A stretch of 63,134 nt of DNA, filler included, from Reticulomyxa filosa (GCA_000512085.1; 19 parts of 19 records of this genome joined end to end with filler, not necessarily neighbours in it), one strand, 5' to 3'. Positions 48,961 to 62,577 are shown, counted from the whole stretch's first letter. Translations and numbers: made by a program. Notes: generated from the sequence alone by a model not told the origin.

Positions 48961-50454
48961 ATGCAGCGATGCAATCGAATCAAATTTGTGGCTTTAACTT
49001 AAGGGCTTTCGGCCAAGTGGAGGACATGGTGAAATCTCTTCCATTGTTCAATTCACACTTATTCTGAGCTGTATCACATCTTTGATAATTGCGTTTGCGA
49101 AAATTACTAATTGCTGAGACAATCATTTTCCCGATTCGAATCAACACCTGCGACCGCCACTGTACTTTAACGAGTTGGTTGTTGTGCTTTTTTTTTTTGT
49201 GTTTTGTTTTGTAAGGTTATAAAATCTTTTGTTTGAGGGCTAGTGCAAGGGGGCAGGAATAACCCAAACCAATAAGTAGATGTTTTTACGAATGCAACTT
49301 GTTCTGAGTCATTAAATTTGATAATTAATGCAAAATAAAGATAAGTAATTTTATACAACAAACAAGTTGATCAAATAAGCTAAAAATCCAAGTAAGACGA
49401 ATAAACCATTGTTAACATATTGGTACTTAATATATTACTATTGCATTGTTTAAACTCTTTTATTATTGTACAAAAGCGAAATGTGTTTTTTTAATCGAAC
49501 CAACAAAAAAGGACTTGCATACTAAAGACGTTCCAAAGAAAGATAAAATTNNNNNNNNNNNNNNNNNNNNNNNNNNNNNNNNNNNNNNNNNNNNTTAATT
49601 AATTAANNNNNNNNNNNNNNNNNNNNNNNNNNNNNNNNNNNNNNNNNNNNAAAAAAAAAAAAAAAAGAAAATTGATTGATATTTTTGATTTTGAAAGCAT
49701 TTTCTGAAAAATTTTTTGTTTCTAGCATTTGGCGTCTTTCAATTTCAGAGTACCACGTAAGAGAGGGTACAAACGGAGGAAAAAAGATCAAGTAAAGAAC
49801 TTTTTTGAGTTACGTATACTTGCGGATCGAGGGAAGTACTGATGCCATCTGAAAATGCATGCCTGGAATAAGCCCTTGCAAAAACTTAAACAACTTGTTT
49901 GTGTTCGAGCGTGTCGTGTATTAATGTCACAAGGATAAGTTAATGCTAACAACTCCTTGCTGTATGCGTCCATATTGTCCATTTGTCGGCATTGTTGCAC
50001 ACATCCGGTCTTCTGTCGAACAGTTTTGCACTTGGCTGCACCCAATGCAAGGGTCAGTCAACATGACGCTAGTCGTTACCAGTGCCGTCCACACAGCCAA
50101 AGTGCTACACCATAACACCTACCACAACGACACACTTTTTTTCATCATTTTCTTTTTGTTGGAGATTCAATAGCTGTCAGCACTTTAAAAGATCATTGAT
50201 TACAATATAAAAAAAACTTTTTATTCTCAGAACCCGTTTCGCTGTGTTTGTTTAACTCATTAGCACCATATCAAATCAAAAAATTGATTTTCCAATTTTT
50301 ATTTCCCAAAATTAATAAACTTTTTATTTATTCATATATTACTAATTTATGTTTCCATACATACACGCAATTGTTATTTAACGAACTTTTTTCTCCCTCC
50401 TCTCCCCCTTCATGCTTATGCATGATAATCTTTTGTATATTATACACATTAAAG

Positions 50455-50870
50455 AAGTTGAGATATTTGTACAATGCACTAACGTTTTACTCAATTGCAT
50501 GCTTACCGCTGTTCATTCCGTTGACAACCTGTCGGCGTCAGTGCCTTGTCTCTAGTATGAAGTACCCATGGTGCCCAATCTGGTGCTTTTTCTGAAGACA
50601 TTGCAATTGGTGCAAGGATATCATCTATTCAAAAATATGGAATTCAATATGGACACTCATCCCGACAATATCTTGATCATGTCCGATGGATGTCTCGGGT
50701 CGATCGATCTACAGCCAGTTGAAGTACCTTTTCAAGGAGGGGCTCACTTGGCCGAGCTGATCATTGTCATAGCTGATCACAACTCGGAATGTATTGTCGA
50801 AAAGACCAATGAAATGGGGCCCATTACTTTAGGATCATCAAACAATGGAACCAATTTGTTTTTCGATTGA
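50455..50870 (+). pseudogene. ABC1/UbiB (aarF) atypical kinase pseudogene fragment
   Basis: FKNMEFNMDTHPDNILIMSDGCLGSID corresponds to F..G.F..DPHPGNI...DG.L..IDFG with substitutions. Confidence 0.65.
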
Positions 50871-51001
50871 TAATGTATTCTTCATTTTTTTTTTTTTTTT
50901 TNNNNNNNNNNNNNNNNNNNNNNNNNNNNNNNNNNNNNNNNNNNNTTAATTAATTAANNNNNNNNNNNNNNNNNNNNNNNNNNNNNNNNNNNNNNNNNNN
51001 N

Positions 51002-52270
51002 ATCATGAATTATCCATTGTATTGAATATTTGCTGATCACAAGTGTAAAGGACTACAATACAAGTTTGCAAAAAAAAAAAAAAAAAACGAGGATATTAAA
51101 ATATATAAACATATATACATATATATATTTCTATATACGTACCACTTGCTTGCCTGGAATGCTGCTCCACACCAATTGCAGCAAAATGAGCAACATATTG
51201 CAGACTATTATAAGATGGATGATACCGGATCTTATCTTTGAAAACAGTGGTATCATCGCGATCGCGATCGCCATCACCGTCGCCGTCTGTCGGAAATGAA
51301 TTGGCCGGAGGAACGGCGTCACGCATCGTATCCATTTCCCGACTCTCTTCAATAGTTCGTCTCGCAGGGAAGGACGAGGCCGCCGCCGCCGCCGCCGCCG
51401 CGGCCCCGTCTTGTTCAATTTCAACCACAAACTTGCGATCTTTGAAGAAGTCGTCGGGCATTTGACGGTCAATGTCTCGTGTTTTCAATTGTTGCATGAG
51501 CACCTCAGTGCGGAAGTAATTTGACAAAGAAGTGACGTGGCCGGAATACCCCGATTTCGGAGTATTGGGACCGCTGCCGCTGGTCACGCTTCCATGGATC
51601 ACAGTTGTATTCAATGCAATGTGAATCCCTGGTACTTTGTGTTCTTTTTCTTTGTCTTTTCTTTGTTCTTTTTCCTTTTCCTTTTCCTTTTCTTGTTCAT
51701 TTGTTGCATTTGCATTTGCATTTGCATTTGCATTTGCATTTACATTTTCATCTTCTTTCTGAGCTTCTCTCTCTCTCTCTCTCTCTTTTTCTTCTGCTGC
51801 GGCCATTTCCATTTGTTGCTTCACCAAGTCTTCTCTCTTTATTAACATCGTGCCTTAGTTATATACACATACAGGGTGTCGATGAATGCATATTATTTCT
51901 TACTTCTTACTTATATTACCGTTATTATACTCATATATGTATATGTGTATATGTATATGTGTATATGTATATGTGTATATGTATGTGTGTATATGTATGT
52001 GTGTATATGTGTATATGTGTATATGTGTATATGTAATATGTAAATGCATTGCAACTGACCCGTGTCATACTCATACTCGAAAACGTTGGTAAGCGTTTGA
52101 TTGTTAACGGGCTTATTGAGATAGTACATGGTATAGTGGTTCAGTTCGTCGTTGTTGAATTTGTGGCGGTCATTCGGGTCAAAAGGGTTTGGCCAATTTT
52201 GTTGTGAGCTGACCTTTATCGGTGGCTTTGACTTTGCGGTCATTTCAATGGTTTTTTCATTGTCATTATT
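51002..52270 (-). CDS. Hypothetical low-complexity protein fragment (multi-exon)
   Basis: 250-aa open frame with (ER)n, (NA)n, (EK)n and poly-Ala; flanking AT-rich introns; no family recognised. Confidence 0.6.
51935..52040. repeat. (TATGTG/TATG)n intronic microsatellite
   Basis: Directly visible. Confidence 0.9.
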
Positions 52271-52476
52271 NNNNNNNNNNNNNNNNNNNNNNNNNNNNNN
52301 NNNNNNNNNNNNNNTTAATTAATTAANNNNNNNNNNNNNNNNNNNNNNNNNNNNNNNNNNNNNNNNNNNNAAAGAGGGGAAAGAGGGAAGGTAGAAAAAA
52401 GGGGACATCCAACAACAACAAAAAAAAAAACCTTGATTTGTTTATTTTTAAAACAAAAAAAAAAAAACAATACACA

Positions 52477-52922
52477 GATCCGGTCAGTATTGAAGTGGCC
52501 ATGAGCTTTTGAATGCAGTCCAATGCAATCTCAGTTATGTGAGGAACACCAGCGGAACATGCTTCTTTGAATAAGTCCCAATAAATGTTCCCATCTTCGA
52601 CCATTGAAGAGGACCCTTTTGGGTCTCTCGTTTCATCGCTTTTCATCAACTCATCTCGATACTTGATACACAAGTTTCTCAGATGAGCATGTCGACGTGA
52701 TAGCACGCTCAATAATTTCGCAAAACTTTGTAACAAATGTTGCTTCTTTAGCATACGCGTTTTTTGTTGCTCGGTCTCACTAACTACTTCACTAACCCCA
52801 TTTTCTGCAGTCGCAGCTGCATCAACCATTGTATCCATTTTAGCTGATTCATAGGTCATTGATGGACGTTCTGACATATCACCATTTCCAAATACATCCT
52901 TTTCATCAGCTGATGTAGACAT
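52477..52922 (-). CDS. Large ARF-GEF (Sec7/BIG-like) N-terminal DCB domain, first exon
   Basis: YWDLFKEACSAGVPHITEIALDCIQKLMATSILTG matches the F..AC......ALDC.QKL.A...L.G DCB motif. Confidence 0.82.
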
Positions 52923-53617
52923 GATTCCTCTAAATGGTTCCCCTCCAACGTCCACAAACAAAATTTCTTAAAACATACGATCCAATAGTACTCGGATTCG
53001 CACAAAGCAACCGAAAAAGTAAACATTTCATTTTAACTAAAATTTTTTTGTTGCTCGTGGAAATACGCATTACAATCCTTTCATTAAAGTAAAAAATTCA
53101 AATTTAAACGAAAACTAATTAAATATATATGCTAGAATCTCAATAACTTCATTGCATCATACTTTTATAATCACGTGATATCATGCATCAATTACAACAT
53201 GTTCAGGTTCATATTTTTTATGTCATTTCAATATTTAATGTCAGCATCTTTTTTGGCGCAAAATAACACAGTTTTTAAAAAAAATTTCATTTCACCGTAA
53301 TCAATCGTAGAAAACACCTTAACAAACAAATTTATTTCTTTTTCTAATTTGATGCTTTTAACTTCGATTTGAGCAAGTTTTTTTTTTTAAACCTGTCAGT
53401 ATATGGAAGCAAACATTTTTAGTGTTTTGATAAGGAACATGAACAAGTGTTGTATCACATTGAAAATTAAAATGACTGAAAATGGCAACGCTTTGTCTTG
53501 TTTTTGATTACATTTAANNNNNNNNNNNNNNNNNNNNNNNNNNNNNNNNNNNNNNNNNNNNTTAATTAATTAANNNNNNNNNNNNNNNNNNNNNNNNNNN
53601 NNNNNNNNNNNNNNNNN

Positions 53618-54641
53618 TTGAAAATAAGTTTGATTGGTTGATTCATCACGACGATAAAATGACCCATTTTGAATGGAATGAATGTTTGCTTTTGCAACAA
53701 TAGCTTGGACGTGTGCGTTGGCTTTTGCATAAATTTGGAATATCAATTTTTTTTTATTAGAGCATGATACATTGGAAGTAAAAGATTGCTGCGGCTACAC
53801 ATATTATTGATAGCCAACGTGGTACTGGCGCAATTGGTCACAGATAATTCATCAAATGATCTATTCGTTCCTGTCTGTCCAACCCATTTGGACACTCCAT
53901 TCGACGGTGGTGTGCTTGTCATCACGATTACAACTGCACTTGCAAATGCACTGTGTTTTTGTTTGTGTTAAAGAAATCCATTTTAAATTAAATCCATCAT
54001 ATATACAATCTATCCCTCCCCATTGCTATCTCTTGCTATACGTAAACCTCTTTTTTTTTTTTCATGAACATTTTTTTTTCATTAGCTTTTTATATCATTG
54101 TTATATACCTGTACGATACTGATTTGTATGTTAATGATTGTGATATCGACGATATTCCAGATGTATGTGTGCAAACATTTTGGTATATATATATATATTC
54201 TCATTGGACTGCATTTGATTGATGATTGGTATACTTCTGATACCACGTATACTTTCGTGCACAGGTCCATTATCGAAAATTTGCACTGACGATATTCTTA
54301 TGTTATTATGGCCCCATGGATGTTGCACACATGTCCACATTTGGCTGATAGAGTGGTTGGCCAACATATTCCTTGATATTATCGATATACACATATCGTC
54401 TTGATTATTTAAATATTTTTGGCCGTTTTCGTTTGAGCTGTCTCTGGCCACGTTATTTGCACTTGCCATCACGTGAAACGCGTTCAATACGTGCAGTGCC
54501 ACCAATATAATTTCATATACTAACGAGTGCTTCATGTTGCTGCGAAACAACAGTGTTCTCCACGTAAGCTTTTCTTCTCTGTTTGCCCCCCCTCTCTTTC
54601 AGGGCACTCTGAAATGGAAAGACGTCAAACGACAAAAAAAA
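53618..54641 (-). pseudogene. Multi-exon putative secreted-protein repeat family, copy III
   Basis: IILVALHVLNAFHVMASAN..SQMWTC..SSVQIFDN aligns with copy II; same upstream CTGTTTGCCCC..GAAAGACGTCAAA block. Confidence 0.7.
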
Positions 54642-54741
54642 NNNNNNNNNNNNNNNNNNNNNNNNNNNNNNNNNNNNNNNNNNNNTTAATTAATTAANNN
54701 NNNNNNNNNNNNNNNNNNNNNNNNNNNNNNNNNNNNNNNNN

Positions 54742-54780
54742 GATGATAATTGATTTTTCATTGAGAAAATCAATTATCAT
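54742..54780. repeat. 16-bp-arm inverted repeat (hairpin) at contig start
   Basis: GATGATAATTGATTTT-N7-AAAATCAATTATCATC. Confidence 0.9.
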
Positions 54781-56309
54781 CATAAAATATGTTTTAGGCG
54801 TTCAGTTTTCTTTGCAACATACTGTATTAACACAAATACAATCTAATTAAAAAAACAACAACATAATACATGACTATAAGTAATCAATAATACTATTAAA
54901 AGTAACAAACGAACAAAAATTTGTAATTATTTGAGCGCAAATACAGTAATTACAACACATAGTCTAAATTCGAAGCAAAGTAACAATGTAATACAATATT
55001 GCCTTTTTGTAATCACAAATATCAATTGACTACTTATGTGTAGAGACAAACAATCATCTGGCAAATTGATGTTATTTGTGTTTACTATCAAATATATATA
55101 TACAATTAAGTGTATATTGCCATTTGTGCAATAATTTCAAGTCAAAAATATTGCAGCAGCGAATATATCAAAAAATTCAATTATCACATAAATGTAAGAA
55201 TAAAATCTAAATATCAATCAATCATGAATTCGATTTGCATAGAAATATCAATCTATTGAAGAAAAAGATACACTAATGATTCGAACTGTATATTAGTTAA
55301 TGATTTGATAAATATATAAATAAATAATTGACTAAACTTCAAATGCATAAAATAAAATTATAACTATAATTAACAGTATTAATGGAAAGGTAGTTATCGA
55401 AAAGATTAACAACATGAGTATATGCTAATCTAGTCGACACAATCGTATGCTTGAACATTGATTACTGAACTCACGATCATTACAAATGAACGCTTATGTC
55501 TTTCATGTAGATATTATGACGCCAGTTTAAACAATTTGACAATAAAATTATAATTGTTGAGTGGTCTAGTGCTCGATTGTTATGCTATATGTTCGCATAC
55601 TCCAAGCCAAAAAATAGTGTTTAGTACTGTGACGTTGTCAAAACAATCATGCTTAAGTCAACTTCTTCCAAAGACAAACAGTAACAACAAGCTATTATAA
55701 TACTACTGATAATTGGTCTGGAATTAAATAAATTCATAAGTCTGGTGCGAACGATGTTTCCTTAAAAAAGGGGCTTGAAGTTCAGTACATTTGTAGAGAA
55801 GATATGCAAATTGGCACTAACATTGAACACTCAAAAAGCTAAGTCTTGCTTTCTGTTGAAATATTGCTAATACTATTTCTTATTATCTTGCAGTCATTAA
55901 ATTTATTGTGGTCCCAAACCCAGAATAATATGATGTTGCTAGCAAGCTCTGTAAATGGTACTTCTTACCTCCTATTCTGGCGTGGGTACTACTTGCTGTT
56001 GTTACAAGTACTTTTAGTCTCTGATGCACGCACGTCTTATCTGAACTAAATCTTCTAAGTTACAAAGGGAAAGAGGATTTGCATAAGAAGACAAATCCAA
56101 TGTTTCTCCTCTACTTTTAGTCTAACTTGAACAATTTGATCTTTGAACACGCAAAAACAATTTCATCCAACAAAAATTTTTAAACTAAAACATTCACCTG
56201 AGACAAGAAGCGAACAACGAAAAAAAAAAAAAGAAAATCAAACAGAAAAAAAATTTTGCACTTGTTTTATTCGTGGAACTAAAAACAAAAAAATGATAAA
56301 CAAAAACAT

Positions 56310-58037
56310 TTAAATTTCAATATTATGGGACTCCTCACACTCGCCGTCCTTTTTATCAAAATTTTTATCGTTTTCTGTGCCCGGAGTTGTATTGCTTTGA
56401 GCAGTTTCCCAAGCGGGTCTATCACCTCCGGTAACCCAGCAGGGGAAAATACAAGTATCACAATCACAGCATTTCCAAGCACAGCACTGAAGGAATAGTC
56501 CGACACAATAGCGTGCACAGCAGTGGTGAAATAGCTTGCACAAGCAGCGATACACGGGTTGAGCTACTGAAAAGCACAGATAAATGCAAAGCAAATTCAT
56601 AAAAATATCAATCAGCATAAGCCATCGTCCAACGATCAACATAGTTACCCCAGTTACCAAATTGCTAGTCATTGCTACAATTGCCAGGTTTGTATTGCGT
56701 GCAATCAAATGTAAGTAATCTTCGGACAGTCCATGGAATTGCAAGTTTTGTTTTATTTGATCCGTCGTGCTATGTAATCGCAATGTTTATTCAAGTTTTT
56801 TGCTTTGTGTATGCACAGATATGCATATATACATAATATGTATACACATATTTACATGCATAATATACGTTATGTATACATAATGGAAATTAAAAAAAAA
56901 AAAAACAAAACTTGTCGGAGAGGTTGGATTGAGCACGAGCAAGATTCAAATCTCCAGTAGCATCTTCCAACTTGTGTTCGTCATGATTGGCAAAGACCTG
57001 GGAATTACCGGGCGATGATGTGCGATTGAGGTCAGGACTGTCCTTCGATTTCATTCGTGTGTGGTGATTCGTCCATGTGTCTTCATATTGCACGGTCACT
57101 ATTAATAAGTTCCTTATGTATATACGTAGTAACACTATCGTTATTATAAATTCACCTTTTGTTTTGTTTGTTTATTTATTTGTTTGTTTGTTTGTTTGTT
57201 TGTTTGTGTGATTTGGTTTGTTTTATTGCTATTGTAAATTTTAAAAAAAAAAAAAACAAACGATTCAACATATTTTTGGGACCGTTGCATTGTCCTCCCA
57301 TAGAACATTAACTAAACGATCACAAATAAAAAAAGGTGTATATACCAATGAAATGAAATGCCACAAACGTCAGGAAATAAGGCGTTGTGTGATCCTTCAA
57401 GATCACCTCGATACAACTCGACAAATTATTAAAGGTTTTACTTCGGAGTTTATCGTGGGCCCCTATTTTTTTTTATTTTATTTTTGAATATGCAATATAA
57501 ATTCTCACGTCGCTTTTTTTTTTTTTTTTTGAAAGAAATTTTTTTTTCTTTGGAAGAACAGAGATAATTAAAACAAAATAATAATGAAACATAACAAATG
57601 ATACTCTCCGTAATCAAATTGATGTCGACAAAGAAATAAAAGATGACGACGCAAGTGACAAGTATTTTGATTTGTCTTTCCTGCAAACCAAAGGTACATC
57701 GTCGAAAGGATTCCCGGATTCGTAAAATGAAAAATAAGACGCAACAGCACTTGAAAAATGAATACAGAATTGGAGATTGGAAATACAGGTAACATAAACT
57801 CTTGTGGAATGAGCCTGAATATAATGCTACGGTCAAACGGATTACCGAAAATATCAGTGCCAAAAACATTACTCCTCTGGCAGCTATAAACAACCGCAGT
57901 CGACCTTGTGATTTCATCCGAGAACCATACTTGCTCTTCAACTCTTGAAGACCTATATACATATGGATGCTTACAAGCACTATTGTTAATAGCACCAGTA
58001 TTGAAAATGCTATCTCTAAAGACACTAGCTCCGTCAT
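56310..58037 (-). CDS. Orphan 7-transmembrane (GPCR-like) protein, 4 exons
   Basis: Exons of about 58037-57605, 57462-57346, 57155-56911 and 56770-56310 join in frame via GT-AG introns. About seven hydrophobic segments; TM3 end FFILRIRESF, TM7 LIDIFMNLLCIYLCF, Cys-rich tail. Confidence 0.75.
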
Positions 58038-58635
58038 TGATATCTTCAACACGCTACTCCTCTCAAAAGTTCACTTCTAAAATTTGAAACTTATCTGTTG
58101 TATGACTTGAAATTGCCGAATATTTACACTTACGACAAGCACTAAAAAATTGACGGCAAAAATATGAACAAATCAAATGAGTATACATAATAAATGAAAA
58201 TTAATAGAATAGTAAATTAAAAGATAATCATAATGTGTGCTTGTAGTCTAGTCTTAATAAGATACCAACCAATTACTGCTATGTGTTCATATTGTACACA
58301 TGATGTCACGCCTTGGCGTTTAATTATAAAAAAATTTTACATCTGAATTGTTGACAGAAAGCAAAACAGTAAGTTTTAAGTGCATTTAGATATAGCAAAG
58401 TGGAAACATCAACAAAAGATTTCTTCAAAAAATAAATCTTGAGCAAGGTCTAATTGCTTAGATTATAAAAATAACAGCTGAATTTAACATATTAATCTGT
58501 CACAAAACAAAAATTAAAAATTAAAAAAATAAATCGAACAAAATTGCAAAACTAAAATTTAATTTCACAATTAAAAAAGTTAAATTTTACTTGTCAAATT
58601 TTTTTACAAGGTTAATTCTTTTTTTAAAAGTATCT

Positions 58636-59170
58636 GTGTGACTTGAAGATCCCTAAAAAAGAAACAAAAAGATTTAAAAATTACTTCTTGGCAATACAGG
58701 TTCGATTTAAATGCATTCCCGCAAAGTTTTTAAAAAACAATGTTTTTGATCAACCTAGGAAAAGTTATTATAAAACCAATTTTGTAGGAAGTCTACAGTG
58801 AGGAGCTTCACTAAATGTAATAAGAAATAGTGTTACTCTCAATGAGAGTGACTTTCAGTAAATAAAAGTAAATTAAAGAATAATTCAAAAGAGAGAAAAC
58901 AAGTAAGAGGTAGTTTGTTGAGGAGGTTTAACCCAAAGGGAGCTCCTCAGTTCCATAAGCGTTCAGCCATGTGTGATAAGGGCTTGCCCTACAATTTCAT
59001 ATTTAAAAACTACAAAAATTTGTATATATTTTAAAAAATTAAGGTTAAATGTTTATTTTTCATGGAGAAATCGATTCATAAGAGTGCCACTTAGGTATGT
59101 CAGTTTTTTCTGCAATCTTCTGTATCATCTTATTCAAAGCGTTGCAACACCAGCTCTTTTATTTATTTAT
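58636..59170 (+). ncRNA. Candidate multi-domain structured RNA, unassigned
   Basis: At least seven consecutive or nested helices, several with G-U pairs on the + strand. Confidence 0.35.
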
Positions 59171-59507
59171 TTTTATTGGCAAAAAAGTAACAGCTGAAAG
59201 AATTAACACTGAAATCATATTTACTCTAATTTTAGTAGCAGCTTCATGAAAAATGAAAAACAGATACTGTACAGTATTCAGAAAAAAAAAAGAGCAATTA
59301 ATACTAATAATTACTAATTGTGATGCCGTGGTTTGGGAAAAAACAAAAAAGCCGAAGTGCAGTAGATGAAGACTATGATAATGACAATGACAACGAAACA
59401 GACACCCNNNNNNNNNNNNNNNNNNNNNNNNNNNNNNNNNNNNNNNNNNNNTTAATTAATTAANNNNNNNNNNNNNNNNNNNNNNNNNNNNNNNNNNNNN
59501 NNNNNNN

Positions 59508-59544
<37 letters not shown>

Positions 59545-60460
59545 TGACAAACAAGGTAATAAAAATATCAATGTAAGTGTTAGTGTAAATTCAAACACAA
59601 ATAATGTGACAGTGAATAAAAATGATGCGTCATCGAATTTGGCCAAGTACTTGACGATTGAAAGCAAAATCAAAAAGCAAATGACGAGTTCGAACAAGTC
59701 CGAAATGGAAACGCTGCTGAAAGATGTGCAGTCGCTACTCTTTCGAAACGAACGAACAAACTTGCCCAACTTGGCGGCGTTGCAACAGTTTTTCACGGAG
59801 ACAGTTATGTCTCCGATGTCGCTGTTTCAGTCCACAGTGTTCACTCCGACGGAGGACGCGTTGTCGCCCACGTCGTCGTCGAGGACGCACTGGCACATGT
59901 GCTTGGTCCGTCCAAAGATGCACGAGTCCAGGGTGAACTCGTCTCTCTTACACTCGTTGATCGTCAATGTCGGCGTCATTTTGAATCAATGTGTGCTCAA
60001 TTACAATCGCAGAGTCCATCCCTCTTTCATCGACAATTCACGTGGTAATAACGCCAATACCAATGTCAATAATATCAATACTAATGCCAATGCCAATGCC
60101 AATACCAATGTCAATGCTAATCATAACACCCATGACAGCAATAACAATAACAACAACCTAAATGATACAGACAAAATACAATCGCGCTTGCTTGCCGTTG
60201 TAACCCAGCTGAAAACCGGCGTCGACATTCGCGATCGACATTATCACATGAAGAAATACAAGCAATGTTTCGTGGCCCAAGACGCCGTGCAATGGCTGTT
60301 GCAACACCCAGCCGTGTCCAACTGCGCAAACGAAGAGCAGTCCTACAGCTGTGCACACAGCTCGTTCAGTTCCATCTCATCGAAAGGGCTCCAAAAAAAG
60401 TAAGGCCAAAAGACAAGCCGAAGATGATGCCCCCACCTTCAAAAATGGCACCAAATATTT
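59508..60460 (+). CDS. DEP domain-containing protein fragment with Asn-rich regions
   Basis: GVDIRDRHYHMKKYKQCFVAQDAVQWL..EEQ/VLQLCTQLVQFHLIE, with a 1-nt frameshift near 60340. Confidence 0.85.
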
Positions 60461-60744
60461 TTACATTTTCAAAGACTTGGACAGTTTCAATTTTTTTTTT
60501 TTTTAAATTATTATTGCTAATATGTACATACATATATATATATATATGTATATATATGTACATATGTACATTACGCATATATGTATATAATTTATTTATT
60601 TGATGACGACGTACATACGATAACAAAAAAAAAAAAAAAAAAAANNNNNNNNNNNNNNNNNNNNNNNNNNNNNNNNNNNNNNNNNNNNTTAATTAATTAA
60701 NNNNNNNNNNNNNNNNNNNNNNNNNNNNNNNNNNNNNNNNNNNN

Positions 60745-61700
60745 CGATATTTTGCTCAAGTATCTGCCCAAAGAGGGAAAGGACGACATTGACCCCGAAC
60801 AGCACTTTTATTTACTCATTTCACTCATGCAAGAGTACACGGAAAAGTATCAATCCTCGGTCTCCGAATTTGGCGATTTGTTCACCTATTTGGTGGAGCA
60901 GTTGAAACTGCATAAGAGCAGAGAGACGTATGGAGACTTTGCCAATGACAAAGTGTTGACCGGTTTAATGTCTTTGCTTTCCGTACTTTTGGCTGGAGAC
61001 AAGTCGTTCCGAAGACTTGCTGGAGAAAACGGGTTAATTTAATAACTTACTTATTTATTTATTTATTTATCTATTTATTTGTATACGTACAGCCAGCCAT
61101 ATATGTATGTACATATACATGTATTATATATGTATATGTGTTATACGTATATAATGAAATGGGTTTGATACGTGAACAAAAAAAAAAAAAAAAAAGAATT
61201 GGTCAACGAAATTTTCAATCGCTTCTTGTTTGCTACCGGGAAAACGGAGGAAGACAAGGAAAATAATTGGCCGAAATGCAAGACGAATGTGAGCCGCAAA
61301 CTCGGATTCCGTTTGCTCGTACAATTATGCATGGAGACACCAGAGAATTACAAACAGTTGCATCAACTGATCCAAGGACTGCACACACAAGTGAAGGCGC
61401 CCTCTGGATATGACTACTCGCCCGATCGAAACACTCGATCCACGCGTGGCTTTGTGGGACTCAAGAACCTGGGCTGCACCTGTTACATGAACTCATTGTT
61501 GCAACAGTTTTATATGATGCCGCACTTCCGCAACGCCGTCATTTGCGGCGGAAAGGAAAAATCCAAAGATCTGACATCAGAAGAGCAAGTCAATTCCATC
61601 TTGTATCAAGTCATGCGAATGTTTTCGTATCTCACATTGTCGGAAAAGCAGGCTTTTAACACAAGAGAATTTTGCAGATCATATAAAGATGAAACAGTTT
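60745..61700 (+). CDS. USP34/USP9X/USP24-like ubiquitin C-terminal hydrolase fragment
   Basis: PKCKTNVSRKLGFRLL and the catalytic Cys box GFVGLKNLGCTCYMNSLLQQFYMMP. Confidence 0.9.
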
Positions 61701-62100
61701 TGAGAGATATTATACAAATATACATATACAATATGTATATATATGCCTTTGTTTTTATTTNNNNNNNNNNNNNNNNNNNNNNNNNNNNNNNNNNNNNNNN
61801 NNNNTTAATTAATTAANNNNNNNNNNNNNNNNNNNNNNNNNNNNNNNNNNNNNNNNNNNNGAAATGGAGGAAAATCCCTCACAGATTTTTGTTTTGTTTT
61901 TGCGCTCACGCACAAGAGTGCTACTTTTCATCTAGATCCATTGGTTTGTTTCTTGACATTTTTTTAAAAAAGAGACATAGAGGCGCAAATAATTAATACC
62001 TATGTCTAAATGAAACAAGAGAGAATATTTCAGGTCTTGTGGCAAAAAAAGTTCACTCAAACACTACTTTTGTTTTAACAATATACCTTTTCATTTTTAT

Positions 62101-62291
62101 TTGATGTACAATCGACAGCTAAAAAAAAAATATTCATCTAAAATGAACTCAAATGAAGATTCATGTGTTCCTTGATATTATTTAACAAAAGAATTTGGAA
62201 TAAATGTTAATTTTTTATGAAGGAACACATGAATCTTCATATGAGTTCATTTTAGATGAATATTTTTTTTTAGCTGTTGATTGTACATCAA
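62101..62291. repeat. Long inverted repeat (about 72-bp arms, 46-bp spacer); MITE/foldback-like
   Basis: 62101-62173 is the reverse complement of 62220-62291 with 2 mismatches and a 1-nt A-run indel. Confidence 0.92.
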
Positions 62292-62577
62292 TTGTCCATT
62301 TAATATTAAAGCATATTATTTAACTAGAGAGAAATATTGCTATTATCAGCGTAATATTAAAGTGCTTCTGTGCATCTTTACTATCAAATATTCAGATTTC
62401 TTTCAGCACAAAGAAGTGTTGTTGTAATATTAATTTTCTTTTTTTATGGCAAAAAATGTTACGTTGTTTACTCGTTTCATATCTGAAAGTACAATTTTAA
62501 CAATGAAATGATAAAAACGCTCTTTTTTTTTTAAAAGAACAACTGTCAGAAAGGGGGAAGTGAGACAAACAAACATA

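Noticed and set aside
49780-50170. Short overlapping Cys-rich ORFs
   Set aside because: No recognisable family and no consistent frame. Left unannotated.
54830-56100. Degenerate TE or endonuclease coding region
   Set aside because: The composition is suggestive, but no convincing motif can be recovered in any frame.
58708-58728. TTTGCGGGAA (minus strand) as a group I intron P element
   Set aside because: No Q, R or S elements follow, and wobble pairs favour the plus strand.
6847-61860. Recurrent TTAATTAATTAA flanked by Ns as a CRISPR-like or biological repeat; ORFs ending in X runs
   Set aside because: It is a fixed 100-bp artificial six-frame-stop linker. Gene neighbourhoods across linkers are not real.
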